Assembly (NCBI GenBank): GCA_947063855.1
Contig: CAMSTW010000004.1
Location: 6,677 to 70,676, forward strand
Origin: an uncultured Dorea sp.
Lineage (GTDB): Bacteria; Bacillota; Clostridia; Lachnospirales; Lachnospiraceae
Length of the DNA stretch: 64,000 nucleotides
Direction of reading: 5' to 3'
Shown here: positions 31,140 to 41,422 of the stretch, one piece after another
Numbering within the stretch: position 1 is the first letter of the stretch
Layout: each line of letters begins with the position of its first letter
Notes under the pieces: model-generated
Told to the model about the DNA's origin: nothing
The model's database searches: none
The model's input: the letters and a program-made list of their open reading frames with translations, nothing else
Position numbers and translations under genes: made by a program

Positions 31140-32153
31140 CTATCTTACCATATCTCTCGTAATCTCCTCCAGAGAATGTGCGCCGCACATCGCCATCGCA
31201 TCCTCTAACTCGGAGATCAGCTTTGCCGTGTAGACCTGAACGCCTTCTGCCGCCGCGCCGTATACGGCCGTGACGAACGGACGGCCGATCAGTACCGCAT
31301 CCGCTCCCAGTGCAAGGGCCTTAAACATGTCCACGCCCGAACGGATCCCGCCGTCCACGAAGATCTTCATATCCTTTCCCACTGCATCCGCGATCTCCGG
31401 CAGCACCTCTGCAGTCGGCGGACACTGGTCAAGCACACGTCCTCCGTGGTTGGACACCACGATTGCCGAAGCGCCTGCTTCTTTCGCCTTCAACGCGCCC
31501 TTCACGGTCATAATACCCTTAAGGATAAATGGCACTCCCGCATTCTTAATAATCTCCTTAAGCTCTGCCGCGGACTTACTGCCTGCCGGCGGAGTCAGAT
31601 TCTTAAGAAACGGCAGACCCGCCGCGTCCACATCCATCGCGCAGGCAAATGCACCTGATTCTTTCACCAATGCGAACTTCTCATCTAACGTATTCACATC
31701 CCATGGCTTCACCGTGGGAATGCCCTTGCCGCCTGCCGCCTTGATGGCCTTCGTCGCTCCCTCCATGACCGCCGGATTGGTTCCGTCGCCTGTAAATGCG
31801 GCGATCCCCGCGTCTGCGCAGGCTGATACCAGGATATCGTTATATTCCAGATCGTCGTATTTGTCTCCGTAATGAAGCTTCATCGCCCCGATCGGCGCGG
31901 CAAAGACCGGAGCCTTAAAGGTCTGCCCAAATACTTCAAATGTCAGATCCACCGGCTTATTCTCACAGATTGTGTCCATATTCACACATAACTTCTGCCA
32001 TGCATCATAGTTCTGGATTGCTACGGTTCCCGTCCCCTTCGCGCCGGGTCCCGGTATCTTTGCACCGCACGCCTTGCCGTTGCAGACCGGACACGCCTTG
32101 CAGATCTCCCCTACACATGTTCTTGCATTCGCCAATACTTCCTCATATACCAT
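31140..32153 (-). CDS. FMN-dependent alpha-hydroxy-acid oxidase/dehydrogenase family protein
   Basis: LKGIM, VSNHGGR, DGGIRSG.D.FKALALGA, N-terminal C..C..CNG.AC. Confidence 0.87.
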   Translation of the reverse strand: MVYEEVLANARTCVGEICKACPVCNGKACGAKIPGPGAKGTGTVAIQNYDAWQKLCVNMDTICENKPVDLTFEVFGQTFKAPVFAAPIGAMKLHYGDKYDDLEYNDILVSACADAGIAAFTGDGTNPAVMEGATKAIKAAGGKGIPTVKPWDVNTLDEKFALVKESGAFACAMDVDAAGLPFLKNLTPPAGSKSAAELKEIIKNAGVPFILKGIMTVKGALKAKEAGASAIVVSNHGGRVLDQCPPTAEVLPEIADAVGKDMKIFVDGGIRSGVDMFKALALGADAVLIGRPFVTAVYGAAAEGVQVYTAKLISELEDAMAMCGAHSLEEITRDMVR

Positions 32154-32268
32154 ATCTATCATCCTCCATCTTCTCTTATGAAAAATAAAAATTATTTTTA
32201 AACAGCCTTCAAATTCAGTATAATGTAGAATCTTCACTTTTACAAGCCGAAAATATTTGATTTTCTGC

Positions 32269-32316
32269 TTGACAAAACTGTACTAATGTATTATTGTATT
32301 ATTAACTTAATACAAT
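32269..32316 (+). promoter_or_regulatory. Promoter with overlapping YtrA-type GntR operator
   Basis: TTGACA-17 bp-TATTGT; palindrome attgtatta-N6-taatacaat at 32293..32316. Confidence 0.7.
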
Positions 32317-32342
32317 ATGACAGTCAGACAGGAGGTATGACG

Positions 32343-32717
32343 ATGACATGGAATCTGGATAATAATATACCGATCTATCTACAGATAATGGAACGGATTC
32401 AGAGGGACATTATCTCAGGCAGGTACAGACCGGGCGACAAGCTGCCTTCCGTGCGGGAACTGGCAGTTGAAGCCGCGGTAAACCCAAACACGATGCAGAA
32501 GGCGTTATCCGAGCTGGAACGGGGAGGTCTGGTATACTCCCAGCGAACCAGCGGACGATTTATTACGGAGGATGAAGAATTGCTAAGAGAACTTAAGAAG
32601 GAACGGGCGGGACGCTATCTCGCGGAATTTATCGAAAGCATGCATAATCTCGGACTAAAAGACGACGAGATATTGGCGCTTTTGAATGAAGCATTAAAGG
32701 AGGAAGGGAAAGCATGA
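32343..32717 (+). CDS. GntR-family (YtrA subfamily) transcriptional regulator
   Basis: PIY.QI, G..LPSVRELA, VNPNTMQKA..ELE; ~124 aa, precedes ABC ATPase. Confidence 0.9.
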   Translation: MTWNLDNNIPIYLQIMERIQRDIISGRYRPGDKLPSVRELAVEAAVNPNTMQKALSELERGGLVYSQRTSGRFITEDEELLRELKKERAGRYLAEFIESMHNLGLKDDEILALLNEALKEEGKA

Positions 32718-33415
32718 AACCTATTTTAGAATGTTACGGCCTGTCCAAATCCTATGGTAACGGACGTATGGCATTATCGAACCTGAATCTGTCCCTGGAA
32801 CGCGGACAGATCATAGGGCTCCTTGGTCCGAACGGCAGCGGGAAGACTACTCTGATCAAGCTGATCAATGATCTGCTGGTTCCTACGGAGGGCTATATCC
32901 GTATCGACGGCAGCACACCGGGCGCAGAGACGAAGAAGATTGTATCTTATCTGCCGGAACGCACTTATCTTACGCCTTCCTGGAAGGTTGCCGATCTGAT
33001 CTCTTATTTTGAAGACTTCTACGGGGACTTCCAAAGAAATCGCGCCAAACAGATGCTGGAGGCGCTGGGCATCGAGCTTCACGCGAAGCTTCGTACACTG
33101 TCCAAAGGCGCAAGGGAGAAGGTACAGCTGGTCATGGTGATGAGCAGGGACGCTTCCCTCTATATTCTGGATGAACCGATCGGCGGCGTCGATCCGGCGT
33201 CCAGAGACTATATTTTAAATACGATCCTTACCAATTATAATGAGAACGCGACGATTCTGCTGTCTACACATTTGATCTCGGACATTGAAAATATCCTGGA
33301 CCGCGTACTGTTCCTGCAAAACGGCCAGCTGGTATTAAACGCTCCGGTAGATGATATCCGTATGGAGCAGAAGAAATCCGTAGATATGTTATTCAGGGAG
33401 GTATTCAGATGTTAG
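32714..33415 (+). CDS. ABC transporter ATP-binding protein
   Basis: GPNGSGKT, LSKG, LDEPIGGVD. Confidence 0.9.
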   Translation: MKPILECYGLSKSYGNGRMALSNLNLSLERGQIIGLLGPNGSGKTTLIKLINDLLVPTEGYIRIDGSTPGAETKKIVSYLPERTYLTPSWKVADLISYFEDFYGDFQRNRAKQMLEALGIELHAKLRTLSKGAREKVQLVMVMSRDASLYILDEPIGGVDPASRDYILNTILTNYNENATILLSTHLISDIENILDRVLFLQNGQLVLNAPVDDIRMEQKKSVDMLFREVFRC

Positions 33416-34248
33416 GGAAATTAATGAAATATGATTTTAAAGCGTTAAACCATTATCTGATCGTAATCCACGCGATGCTTTTGATTACCGCAGCTCTGGG
33501 AAGGTTTCTGTTTGTCGGAAGACTTATGGAAAATCCCGCCGGACTTTCTGACGCAGGCGTTGCCGCAACGATAATCGGGATTATTATATATGTGATATTA
33601 TTCATGACGGCAGTATTCGGGACGATGCTGATGATTGCAATCTGTTTTTACAAGAATCTGTATTCCGACGAAGGCTACCTAACCCATACGCTCCCCGTCA
33701 CAAGAGGACAGCTGTTGATTTCCAAGACGGTCTCCGGAAGTGTATGGATGCTGCTTGATATGATGATGGTCATCCTTAGCTTATTTATCCTGGTTCTGAC
33801 ACGGCCGGTTCTGGATGACTTCACCGCCTGCCGGGATGAACTGCTCAGAGCCATGGGCTTTCCTGCTTCCACAGGCTATGGGAAGATCCTGGTTGCATTC
33901 GCTGTCCTGTTTATCGTATCGGCAGTCGGCAACGTCGTAATCATCTACGCATCCATTGCAATCGGACAGTTGTTCTCTAATCACAGGGTGCTTGGGGCGG
34001 TGGTCGTCTACTTTGTCATCAATACCATCGTCAGTATCATCAGCAGCATTGCAGGCACGGCCTATTCCATGTCGACCTTCATCCACGCGGCGGATGAGAG
34101 TTCTTTTGTAATGATGGCAAACGACGGCGTGATCTATCAGGTGTATGCAAGATTATTTCTATTTTCGCTTGTATTGGAGATCATCCTGGCAATCGGCGCC
34201 TATACGGTTACCCATCTGCTGATGCAGAAGAAACTGAATCTGAATTAA
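33409..34248 (+). CDS. ABC-2-type transporter permease
   Basis: MLGKLMKY.F start, about six TMs, EGYLTHTLPV. Confidence 0.8.
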   Translation: MLGKLMKYDFKALNHYLIVIHAMLLITAALGRFLFVGRLMENPAGLSDAGVAATIIGIIIYVILFMTAVFGTMLMIAICFYKNLYSDEGYLTHTLPVTRGQLLISKTVSGSVWMLLDMMMVILSLFILVLTRPVLDDFTACRDELLRAMGFPASTGYGKILVAFAVLFIVSAVGNVVIIYASIAIGQLFSNHRVLGAVVVYFVINTIVSIISSIAGTAYSMSTFIHAADESSFVMMANDGVIYQVYARLFLFSLVLEIILAIGAYTVTHLLMQKKLNLN

Positions 34249-34324
34249 CCAGATTCCTCGCCGAAATACCGACAAAACTCGACTTATCCTAAAGGATACC
34301 AGATAGGTTTGGCGGATTCCTTAG

Positions 34325-34611
34325 GAACAACATTTTAACCGTACAAGTGGAAATTTCCCACCTATATAGTTGAAAATCCATTTCCAGTGCACAGGAAGTT
34401 GGGAGACGCCCTTCCTAAAAGCAGACATTCGAGGGCGTTCTTAACGGAGGTGAGATCCACGACTTACGAAGACTTAGGCTCGAAGGCTTTCCTGAGAGTC
34501 TTAGTCGCAGTTAGTCGTTAGCTCACCGGAGTGTTGCCCAGTCTGTGTTAGGAAGGGCGTCTCCCAACTTCCGTCCCTTGAACGACATTTTAATCGTACA
34601 AGTGGAAATTT
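34325..34611. mobile_element. Dispersed repeat family A: complete hairpin element joined to the right end of a preceding copy
   Basis: 32-bp direct repeats 34325..34356 and 34580..34611 (2 mismatches); 25-bp perfect inverted repeat 34394..34418/34548..34572 closing a 179-nt rod-like hairpin. Confidence 0.7.
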
Positions 34612-34612
34612 T

Positions 34613-35581
34613 TCATTTCAGCTCTTTAAGCGGAAAATGACACGCCACAAGCCTTCCTTCCACCATTTCCGGCGCTGGTTCCTCCTTCGCACAGATCTCT
34701 TTTGCATACGGGCATCTGGTATGGAATCGGCATCCCGACGGCGGATTCATCGGACTTGGCGCTTCTCCCGAAAGTATCTCCTTGTCCTCCTTACGTTTCA
34801 GCGGATCCGGCTTTGGAGTTGAGGATAACAGGAAATACGTATAGGGATGCCTGGGATTCCTGTAAATATCTTCTGTGTCTCCGATCTCACAGATCTTCCC
34901 CAGGAACATCACGCATACTCTGTCAGATATATATCTGACAACCGCAAGATCATGGGAGATAAACAGATACGTCAGATTGAACTCCTCCTGCAGATCATGC
35001 AGAAGATTCAGCGTCTGTGCCTGAATACTGACATCCAGTGCAGAGACCGGCTCATCACATACAATCAGCTGCGGCTTCAACGCCAGCGCTCTCGCAATCC
35101 CGATTCTCTGTCTCTGGCCGCCGGAAAACTGATGCGGATATCTCTCCATATCTTCTTTATGAATCCCTACTTTTTCGACCAGTTCTCTGATATACGCTTC
35201 CTGTTCTTTCTTCGTCTGAAATACCTTATATGCCTTAAGCGGCTCCCCAATAATTCTCTTAACAGAAAACCTCGGATCAATCGAAGAGTACGGATCCTGA
35301 AACACGATCTGCATCTGCCTGCGCATCTGCTGCATTTCCTTATGATTCATTGCCGTGATATTTTTTCCGTCAAACATCACTTCACCAAAGGTCGGCTCAA
35401 TCAGGCGCAGAAGCAGTCTTCCAAGCGTTGATTTCCCACATCCGGACTCTCCTACAAGCGCCAGCGTTTCTCCTTTGTATATCTCGATATCCACGCCGCC
35501 GACCGCCTTTACCGTTCCGTTTTTTACTTTAAATGTTTTTGTCAGATTCTTCGCGCTTACAAGAATACGCTTATCTTCCAT
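34613..35581 (-). CDS. Oligopeptide/dipeptide ABC transporter ATP-binding protein (OppF/DppF-like)
   Basis: GESGCGKST, FSGGQRQRI, HPYT, PPSGCRFHTRC. Confidence 0.92.
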   Translation of the reverse strand: MEDKRILVSAKNLTKTFKVKNGTVKAVGGVDIEIYKGETLALVGESGCGKSTLGRLLLRLIEPTFGEVMFDGKNITAMNHKEMQQMRRQMQIVFQDPYSSIDPRFSVKRIIGEPLKAYKVFQTKKEQEAYIRELVEKVGIHKEDMERYPHQFSGGQRQRIGIARALALKPQLIVCDEPVSALDVSIQAQTLNLLHDLQEEFNLTYLFISHDLAVVRYISDRVCVMFLGKICEIGDTEDIYRNPRHPYTYFLLSSTPKPDPLKRKEDKEILSGEAPSPMNPPSGCRFHTRCPYAKEICAKEEPAPEMVEGRLVACHFPLKELK

Positions 35582-36574
35582 CTATTCCACCGCCTTTCCT
35601 TTCGCTTCCATGCGAAAACAACGGACTGTGTGTCCATTTCCTATATCATATAACGGCGGCATCCCGTTCCTGCATCTCTCAGTCGCATACTTACACCGCT
35701 CATGTAATCTACAACCTCTGGGAAGCTGATCCAGTTTCGGTACAATTCCGGGAATACTTTTTAATCGTTCTTTACTGTTAATGGTAGGAAGGGATCCCAT
35801 AAGTCCTTCCGTATATGGATGACAGGGATTTTTGAAAATCTCATATACATCCGTATGCTCTACAACCTGCCCTGCATACATCACATAAACCGTATCGCAG
35901 ATCTCTGCGACCACACCCAGATTATGCGTGATCATCATGATAGATGTATTTTTTTCATCACGAAGTTTCCGCATAAGATGTAAGATCTGGGCTTCTACGG
36001 TAACGTCCAGAGCGGTTGTCGGTTCGTCGGCAATCAGAAGCCTTGGCTCACATACCATCGCCATGGCGATCATCACACGCTGACGTAAGCCCCCTGAAAG
36101 TTCATGGGGATACGAGTGGTAACGTCTCCCTGCCTCGGGAATCCCTACGCTTTTAAACATCTCAATTACCATATCTTTTGCTTCTGCTTTTGATACCTTC
36201 CGATGGAGAATGATTGCTTCCCTCACCTGCTTCCCCACCGTAATTACCGGATTCAGACTTGTCATCGGTTCCTGGAAAATCATAGACATTCTGTCTCCTG
36301 TAATCTTACGCATCTCTTTTTGAGAAAGTTCTGTCAACTCTGTTCCATCCAGTTTGATGCTTCCGGATGCAATCCTTACATTTTTAGGAAGCAGACCCAT
36401 GATAGACATTGCCGTCATACTTTTTCCACATCCGGATTCCCCCACAATCCCCACTGCAGCATGCGGCGGGACACAGATATCCACGCCGTCCACCGGAACC
36501 AGATCTCCATTCCTGCCTTTAATCACTGTTCTGAGCTTACTTATTCTCAAGAGCTCGTTATTTGTATCTGACAT
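35582..36574 (-). CDS. Oligopeptide/dipeptide ABC transporter ATP-binding protein (OppD/DppD-like)
   Basis: GESGCGKS, FQEPMTSLNP, LSGGLRQRV, DEPTTALDV. Confidence 0.92.
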   Translation of the reverse strand: MSDTNNELLRISKLRTVIKGRNGDLVPVDGVDICVPPHAAVGIVGESGCGKSMTAMSIMGLLPKNVRIASGSIKLDGTELTELSQKEMRKITGDRMSMIFQEPMTSLNPVITVGKQVREAIILHRKVSKAEAKDMVIEMFKSVGIPEAGRRYHSYPHELSGGLRQRVMIAMAMVCEPRLLIADEPTTALDVTVEAQILHLMRKLRDEKNTSIMMITHNLGVVAEICDTVYVMYAGQVVEHTDVYEIFKNPCHPYTEGLMGSLPTINSKERLKSIPGIVPKLDQLPRGCRLHERCKYATERCRNGMPPLYDIGNGHTVRCFRMEAKGKAVE

Positions 36575-36588
36575 AACCTTCTCCCCGC

Positions 36589-37746
36589 CTATCTTCTATA
36601 TACTATACTGCCCTCTACAATGGTATATTTCACCCCTGCCGCCACCTCAAGCGCCGGCACGCCGTCAAACAGCACAATATCTCCGTCCTTGCCGGCTTTA
36701 ATTGAGCCTACGCGGTCGTCCACATGCAGCGTTTTTGCAGGGTTAATGGTTATCATCTTCAGAGCGCTCTCATGTGACAATCCCCGCCGGACGGCCTCTC
36801 CTGCCTGAATATAGATCAGCTCCGGCATGGTGATCGGCGCGTCTGTCATAATGGAAACATGGATTCCTTCCTCTTCCAGCATCTTTACCTCTGCAATGTT
36901 CGCATGGGTAAGCTCTCCATAACCGGTCGGCACTCCTACCGGACCGTAATTCACCGCTCCTCCTCCTTCCTTCAATTCCGGAAGGTAGAACTCTGCTCCC
37001 CATGCATGCTCAATCGTATATTCACAATCGAATTCTTTTGCAAGTTCAATTGCCGTTATCATATCAAACTGTTCACAATGTATTTTCAGCGGAATCTGAT
37101 GACTAAGCGCCAGTGAGATAGCTTCCAGCTTCCCATCGTAGTCCGGCATCTTTGCAGCGTCTCCCCCTGCCGCTTCTTTCTTTTCCATGTACGTTTTTGC
37201 TTCATGAAAAGCGTCCCGCATCACCTTGATAACCCCCATGCGTGTCATCGGCATCCGGTTTTTCTTCCCATATACGCCGATCGGGTTCATCCCGAAAGCA
37301 AGCTTTAAGGCAGACGGATTCTTCATTACGAGTTCATGAATATCATCCTTTCCGGCTGTTTTGGCAATAAAAGCAAGTCCGGCAATCGGATTGCCGCTTC
37401 CCGGCGTAATGCACATTGTGGTTACGCCGCCTTTGCAGGCATCCATGAAGCATTTATCCTGAATATTACATCCGTCAATGGCGCATACATCAGCTGTTAC
37501 CGGGTCTGTCATCTCATTGAAATCACACTCATCATAGTTCAACATATGGAACCCGCCCAGATGAGAATGTGCATCTACAAATCCCGGAAGCGCGACAAGG
37601 CCTGCCGCATCAATCACTTCATCCGCACAGACCTTAAGATCTGTTCCAATCTGTGCAATTTTCCCGTCTTCAATATAGATATCCCCTTTAAAAGGAGCAT
37701 TCCCCTCCATATCATAAATCATGGCGTCTTTTATATGCATACTCAT
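36589..37746 (-). CDS. Amidohydrolase superfamily enzyme (metal ligands intact)
   Basis: PGFVDAHSH, K in ALKLAFG, IH, EH, TD ligands; TINPAK; G+I..GKDGD. Confidence 0.88.
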   Translation of the reverse strand: MSMHIKDAMIYDMEGNAPFKGDIYIEDGKIAQIGTDLKVCADEVIDAAGLVALPGFVDAHSHLGGFHMLNYDECDFNEMTDPVTADVCAIDGCNIQDKCFMDACKGGVTTMCITPGSGNPIAGLAFIAKTAGKDDIHELVMKNPSALKLAFGMNPIGVYGKKNRMPMTRMGVIKVMRDAFHEAKTYMEKKEAAGGDAAKMPDYDGKLEAISLALSHQIPLKIHCEQFDMITAIELAKEFDCEYTIEHAWGAEFYLPELKEGGGAVNYGPVGVPTGYGELTHANIAEVKMLEEEGIHVSIMTDAPITMPELIYIQAGEAVRRGLSHESALKMITINPAKTLHVDDRVGSIKAGKDGDIVLFDGVPALEVAAGVKYTIVEGSIVYRR

Positions 37747-38852
37747 TGTTCTGCCCTCCAGATCTTTCCTGCAGTCATACAAACCTTTATATGTGCATCA
37801 TACGTTTTTAACGGATGACCATCCCAGATGGAGATATCTGCATATTTTCCTGCTTCTATTGATCCGGTCTTATCCCCAACACCCAGTATATCAGCAGTAT
37901 TTATCGTGAGCATATCTATCGCCCGTTCCACCTTAAGGCCGTTTCTCACTGCCTTCTCCGCACTCCACAGGAGTCCTTCGTACCCCGAACCATTGTTAGA
38001 AAAAGCAGTCAGTACCTTCTTAGACATCTTAAGAAGAGCCGGAATATCCGCGTCAAAATATGTCACAAGGCTTCCGTCAATCAAATCCCCCAGCAATACG
38101 GATACTCCGGCTTCCTTAAGCTTCTCCTGCAATGAATCTGCCTGATACGCCCCCATCAGAATCAATTTGAACCCAAATTCTTTCTGAATCCCTAATATGG
38201 TCTCTATATCAAACCTCTCCCTGACATTACAGAGTATGGGCAGTTCTTTGTTCAGCACTCTGCATAAAACATCCCGCCCGGGATCATACGAGGCGTCGTC
38301 CTCTTTTTTCAACGACGCCTTTTTCAGCTCATTTCTCAGCATCGAAGCCATCCCCATTCTCGTCATGGGCATCACATCCCGGGATGCAAATGTTCTTTTT
38401 ACACTCGGGATAAAATTCACCTTTAAGGCCACATCCTCTGAAACGGCCATCTCGGCTGCAGTCCTTCCGCTCGTATGATAGACGCCAATCTGCCCTGCTA
38501 TGAGCGCCGGGTCGCCCGGCACCGCGCCAAACGCCGTGACGCCATGTCTTTCATACCCCTGAAGCTTTACTTCTGCCGGATCCAGCGAATACCGCACATG
38601 CAGATCGGGATTGACCGGCGTAGATTTTTCCTCCGAATCCGGGTGCGCCAGATCGGCGTAATTATAGACTCCCACACTGGTCGCCGGGAGAATAAATCCG
38701 GCAAACACTTCACACCCTGACGCATCTATATGCTCTGCATCCACCGAAATCTTTTCCCCAAGCTTAACAATTTTATCTCCTTCAATCAGAATATCAACTT
38801 TTTTCGTCTCGCCTTTTGGGAAATGTACATTTCCATTTTCAATCAATACCAC
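37743..38852 (-). CDS. Amidohydrolase-fold protein lacking canonical metal ligands
   Basis: Same architecture as neighbour (P.TRMG, TIN.A, GSIEAGKYAD) but GFILPATS replaces HxH; GTG start inferred. Confidence 0.8.
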   Translation of the reverse strand: MVLIENGNVHFPKGETKKVDILIEGDKIVKLGEKISVDAEHIDASGCEVFAGFILPATSVGVYNYADLAHPDSEEKSTPVNPDLHVRYSLDPAEVKLQGYERHGVTAFGAVPGDPALIAGQIGVYHTSGRTAAEMAVSEDVALKVNFIPSVKRTFASRDVMPMTRMGMASMLRNELKKASLKKEDDASYDPGRDVLCRVLNKELPILCNVRERFDIETILGIQKEFGFKLILMGAYQADSLQEKLKEAGVSVLLGDLIDGSLVTYFDADIPALLKMSKKVLTAFSNNGSGYEGLLWSAEKAVRNGLKVERAIDMLTINTADILGVGDKTGSIEAGKYADISIWDGHPLKTYDAHIKVCMTAGKIWRAEQ

Positions 38853-38884
38853 AGCTTTCCTCTCCTCATACACGGTATGCAATC

Positions 38885-40417
38885 TTATTTAAGTTTTACC
38901 TGATATAAATATAGATTATATGTTGCCGACCAGATATCCTGAACACCGTCTAATTCAGCATTATATACGTTCGTCATCGTATCTTCATAGATTGGGACCA
39001 TATTCGCAAAATCATGTGTAAGCTTCAGAGCTTCTTCACACAGTTCTCCCCGTTTTTCTTCATCCCATTCATTCGCAGCATCCGCTAAGATCTGATCAAA
39101 TTCCGGCGTATTGTATAAGATTTCCCCATAGTAACCCGTTCCCGCATGGAATCCCATCTGCTCTTCCAATGAAGCATAATCACATCCCCAGCTTGCGATC
39201 GTAATATCACAGCTTCCGTCTGCAAACGCCGCCTAGAACGCATTGGAGTCAAGCTGGTTGATCTCGGTCTGCACTCCGATTGCTTTCAGGTCTTCCTGAA
39301 CAGACTGAGCAATATTCGCCAGATCTGTTGTAATGGTCAATTTCAGCGCTTTTCCATCGTAATCGGATTTGGCCAGATATTCTTTCGCAAGTTCCGGGTC
39401 ATATCCCCCGATATCCATGAAATCCGCATGGTCGCCCATCATACGTTCTGAATACATATTGGCTGCCGGCTTTGCCCCATCCGGCGCATTATCGAATTCA
39501 ATCGCATTCTCGCGGTTGACCGCATGATAGATCGCCTTGCGTAGATTCTGGTCATTCATAAGATTCGGCCCCTCTAAGAAGACAGATTTCACACCCCATC
39601 CAGAGGAACTGATTACATGAAACTTCGGATCGTCCTTTATAATCTGAACCTGATCCTGCGGCATCGTTAACGCTATATCAATCTCCCCGTTCTGGAGTGC
39701 AACAACTGCTGTTGACGGGTCTAACGGAGTTCTGAATACAAGATTCTTAAAATATGGTTCTCCGCGGAAATAATCCTCATTTGCTTCCATATAAATATAT
39801 CCGTCCGCACCGATTTCCTTGAACTTATAACTTCCGGATCCAACCGGATTCTTTGCAAACCCATCCGGATCCTTCTCATATGCCGTAGGAGATACGATAT
39901 ATAAGTACTCTGATAAGAACTCAAGAAGCTTGGTGTGTGAAGCCGCCTTATTGATCTTAACCGTATACTCATCAATGACTTCGGCCTCGCCGATATAAGC
40001 TGTCACCCATGAAGACAATTCAAAGCTTCTGATCTTATCTACACAGTATTTCACGGCTTCTGCGTCAAAGTGTGTTCCGTCTGTGAAGTCTACATCATCT
40101 CGTAAGTGGAAAATATAACCTTTTCCATCCTCTGTTGGTTCAAAGCTTTCTGCAAGTCCCGGCCCCATGCTTCCGTCTTCCTGAAATTCAATCAGCACAT
40201 CAAAAAGCTGATGCCACTCAAGCTTGTAATTCAAAGCAGTATTCAGCGGATCAAACGCCTCTACAACCTGTGTATCCAGGATAACAAGTGTATCCTTCCC
40301 CTTTTTCTCCCCTGCATTCCCCGACGATTTGTCAGAATTGTCTTTGGAGCATCCTGCAAATATACCTGCTGCCATCACCAATACCAGCAAAAACGCCAAC
40401 ATTCTTTTTCTGTTCAT
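38885..40417 (-). pseudogene. Peptide ABC transporter substrate-binding lipoprotein (family 5) interrupted by one in-frame TAG
   Basis: Lipobox FAGC, LRDDVDFTDG, PVGSGSYK; TAG at 39233..39235 and the frame stays open to TAA at 38885. Confidence 0.8.
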
Positions 40418-40519
40418 TTCTTCTCCTCCTTCATGAAATTTCATATATGAAAACGCTTCTTAGGCGTCTATCATAATCCATCAGACGGCGCTCCGGATCC
40501 GCTGCCATCCTGACTCACA

Positions 40520-41410
40520 CTATCCTCTTCTCTTTGGATCAAAGGCATCTGCCAGCCCATCTCCTAACAGGTTGAAACACAGAGCCGTAATAATGATTGC
40601 CAGACCGGGAAATACTACCAGATGCGGCGCCAGCCGCATATATGGCATCGCTTCCGACAGCATATATCCCCACTCCGGATTCGGAGGCTGAATTCCCATA
40701 CCGATAAAACTAAGCCCTGCAGCCGATAAAATAAGTCCTGCAACATTCATGGTTGCATTCACAATGATCGGCCCCATCGCATTGGGTAATACATGTCCAA
40801 AAATAATAGACAGATGACTGGAACCGCAGCTTCTTGCCGCTTCAATATAATCCTGCCTTACTACGGTGAGTACAATAGAACGTATCATTCTCGTAAAACT
40901 TGGAACACTTGCAATGACCATTGCGATCGTCATGCTTTTTAACCCCGATCCAAGCGCCGATACAAGTGATAAGGCAAGCAGCATAAAAGGAATACACATA
41001 AACGTATCCATAATACGGCAGATAACAGAATCGATCTTCCCTCCAAAGTACGCTGCGGCCGCTCCAAATATGCAGCCGCCAAACAACGCCAGCGCTGTAC
41101 ACACAATACCGAATATCATAGAATATCTTGCACCGTGTATCACTCTTGCAAAAAGATCCCTTCCTAAATTATCTGTTCCAAACCAGTGCTCTGCCGACGG
41201 CTTCTCCATCCTTTCCATTACGTTCTGCGCAATGGCACGGGATTCAAAATCAACAATAACATCCGCAAATATTGCGGCCAGGATAATCACTGTGAGAATC
41301 ATCAGCGCAAACATCGACATCTTATTTTTACAAAATCTTTCCCAGATCAACTGTCCCTGCGTTGGATTTGTATTTTTTACAAGCTTCTTATTTCTGAATA
41401 AATTAAACAT
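40520..41410 (-). CDS. Peptide ABC transporter permease (OppC/DppC-like)
   Basis: HWFGTDNLGRD, YIEAARSCG EAA loop, LSFIGMG.QPP.PEWG. Confidence 0.92.
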   Translation of the reverse strand: MFNLFRNKKLVKNTNPTQGQLIWERFCKNKMSMFALMILTVIILAAIFADVIVDFESRAIAQNVMERMEKPSAEHWFGTDNLGRDLFARVIHGARYSMIFGIVCTALALFGGCIFGAAAAYFGGKIDSVICRIMDTFMCIPFMLLALSLVSALGSGLKSMTIAMVIASVPSFTRMIRSIVLTVVRQDYIEAARSCGSSHLSIIFGHVLPNAMGPIIVNATMNVAGLILSAAGLSFIGMGIQPPNPEWGYMLSEAMPYMRLAPHLVVFPGLAIIITALCFNLLGDGLADAFDPKRRG

Positions 41411-41422
41411 AATCGCACCCTC

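Noticed and set aside
34394-34572. 6S RNA (179-nt rod)
   Set aside because: The perfect 25-bp closing stem, lack of a clear large central bubble and flanking dispersed-repeat ends fit a repeat element better; an Rfam scan would settle it
34325-34611. CRISPR array from the two 32-bp direct repeats
   Set aside because: Only two repeats, 223 bp apart, with a self-complementary interior and no cas genes in the window
39233-39235. Genome-wide TAG recoding
   Set aside because: TAG is the normal terminator of many full-length genes here (e.g. rho, holA, oppC, oppD, argB, argC)
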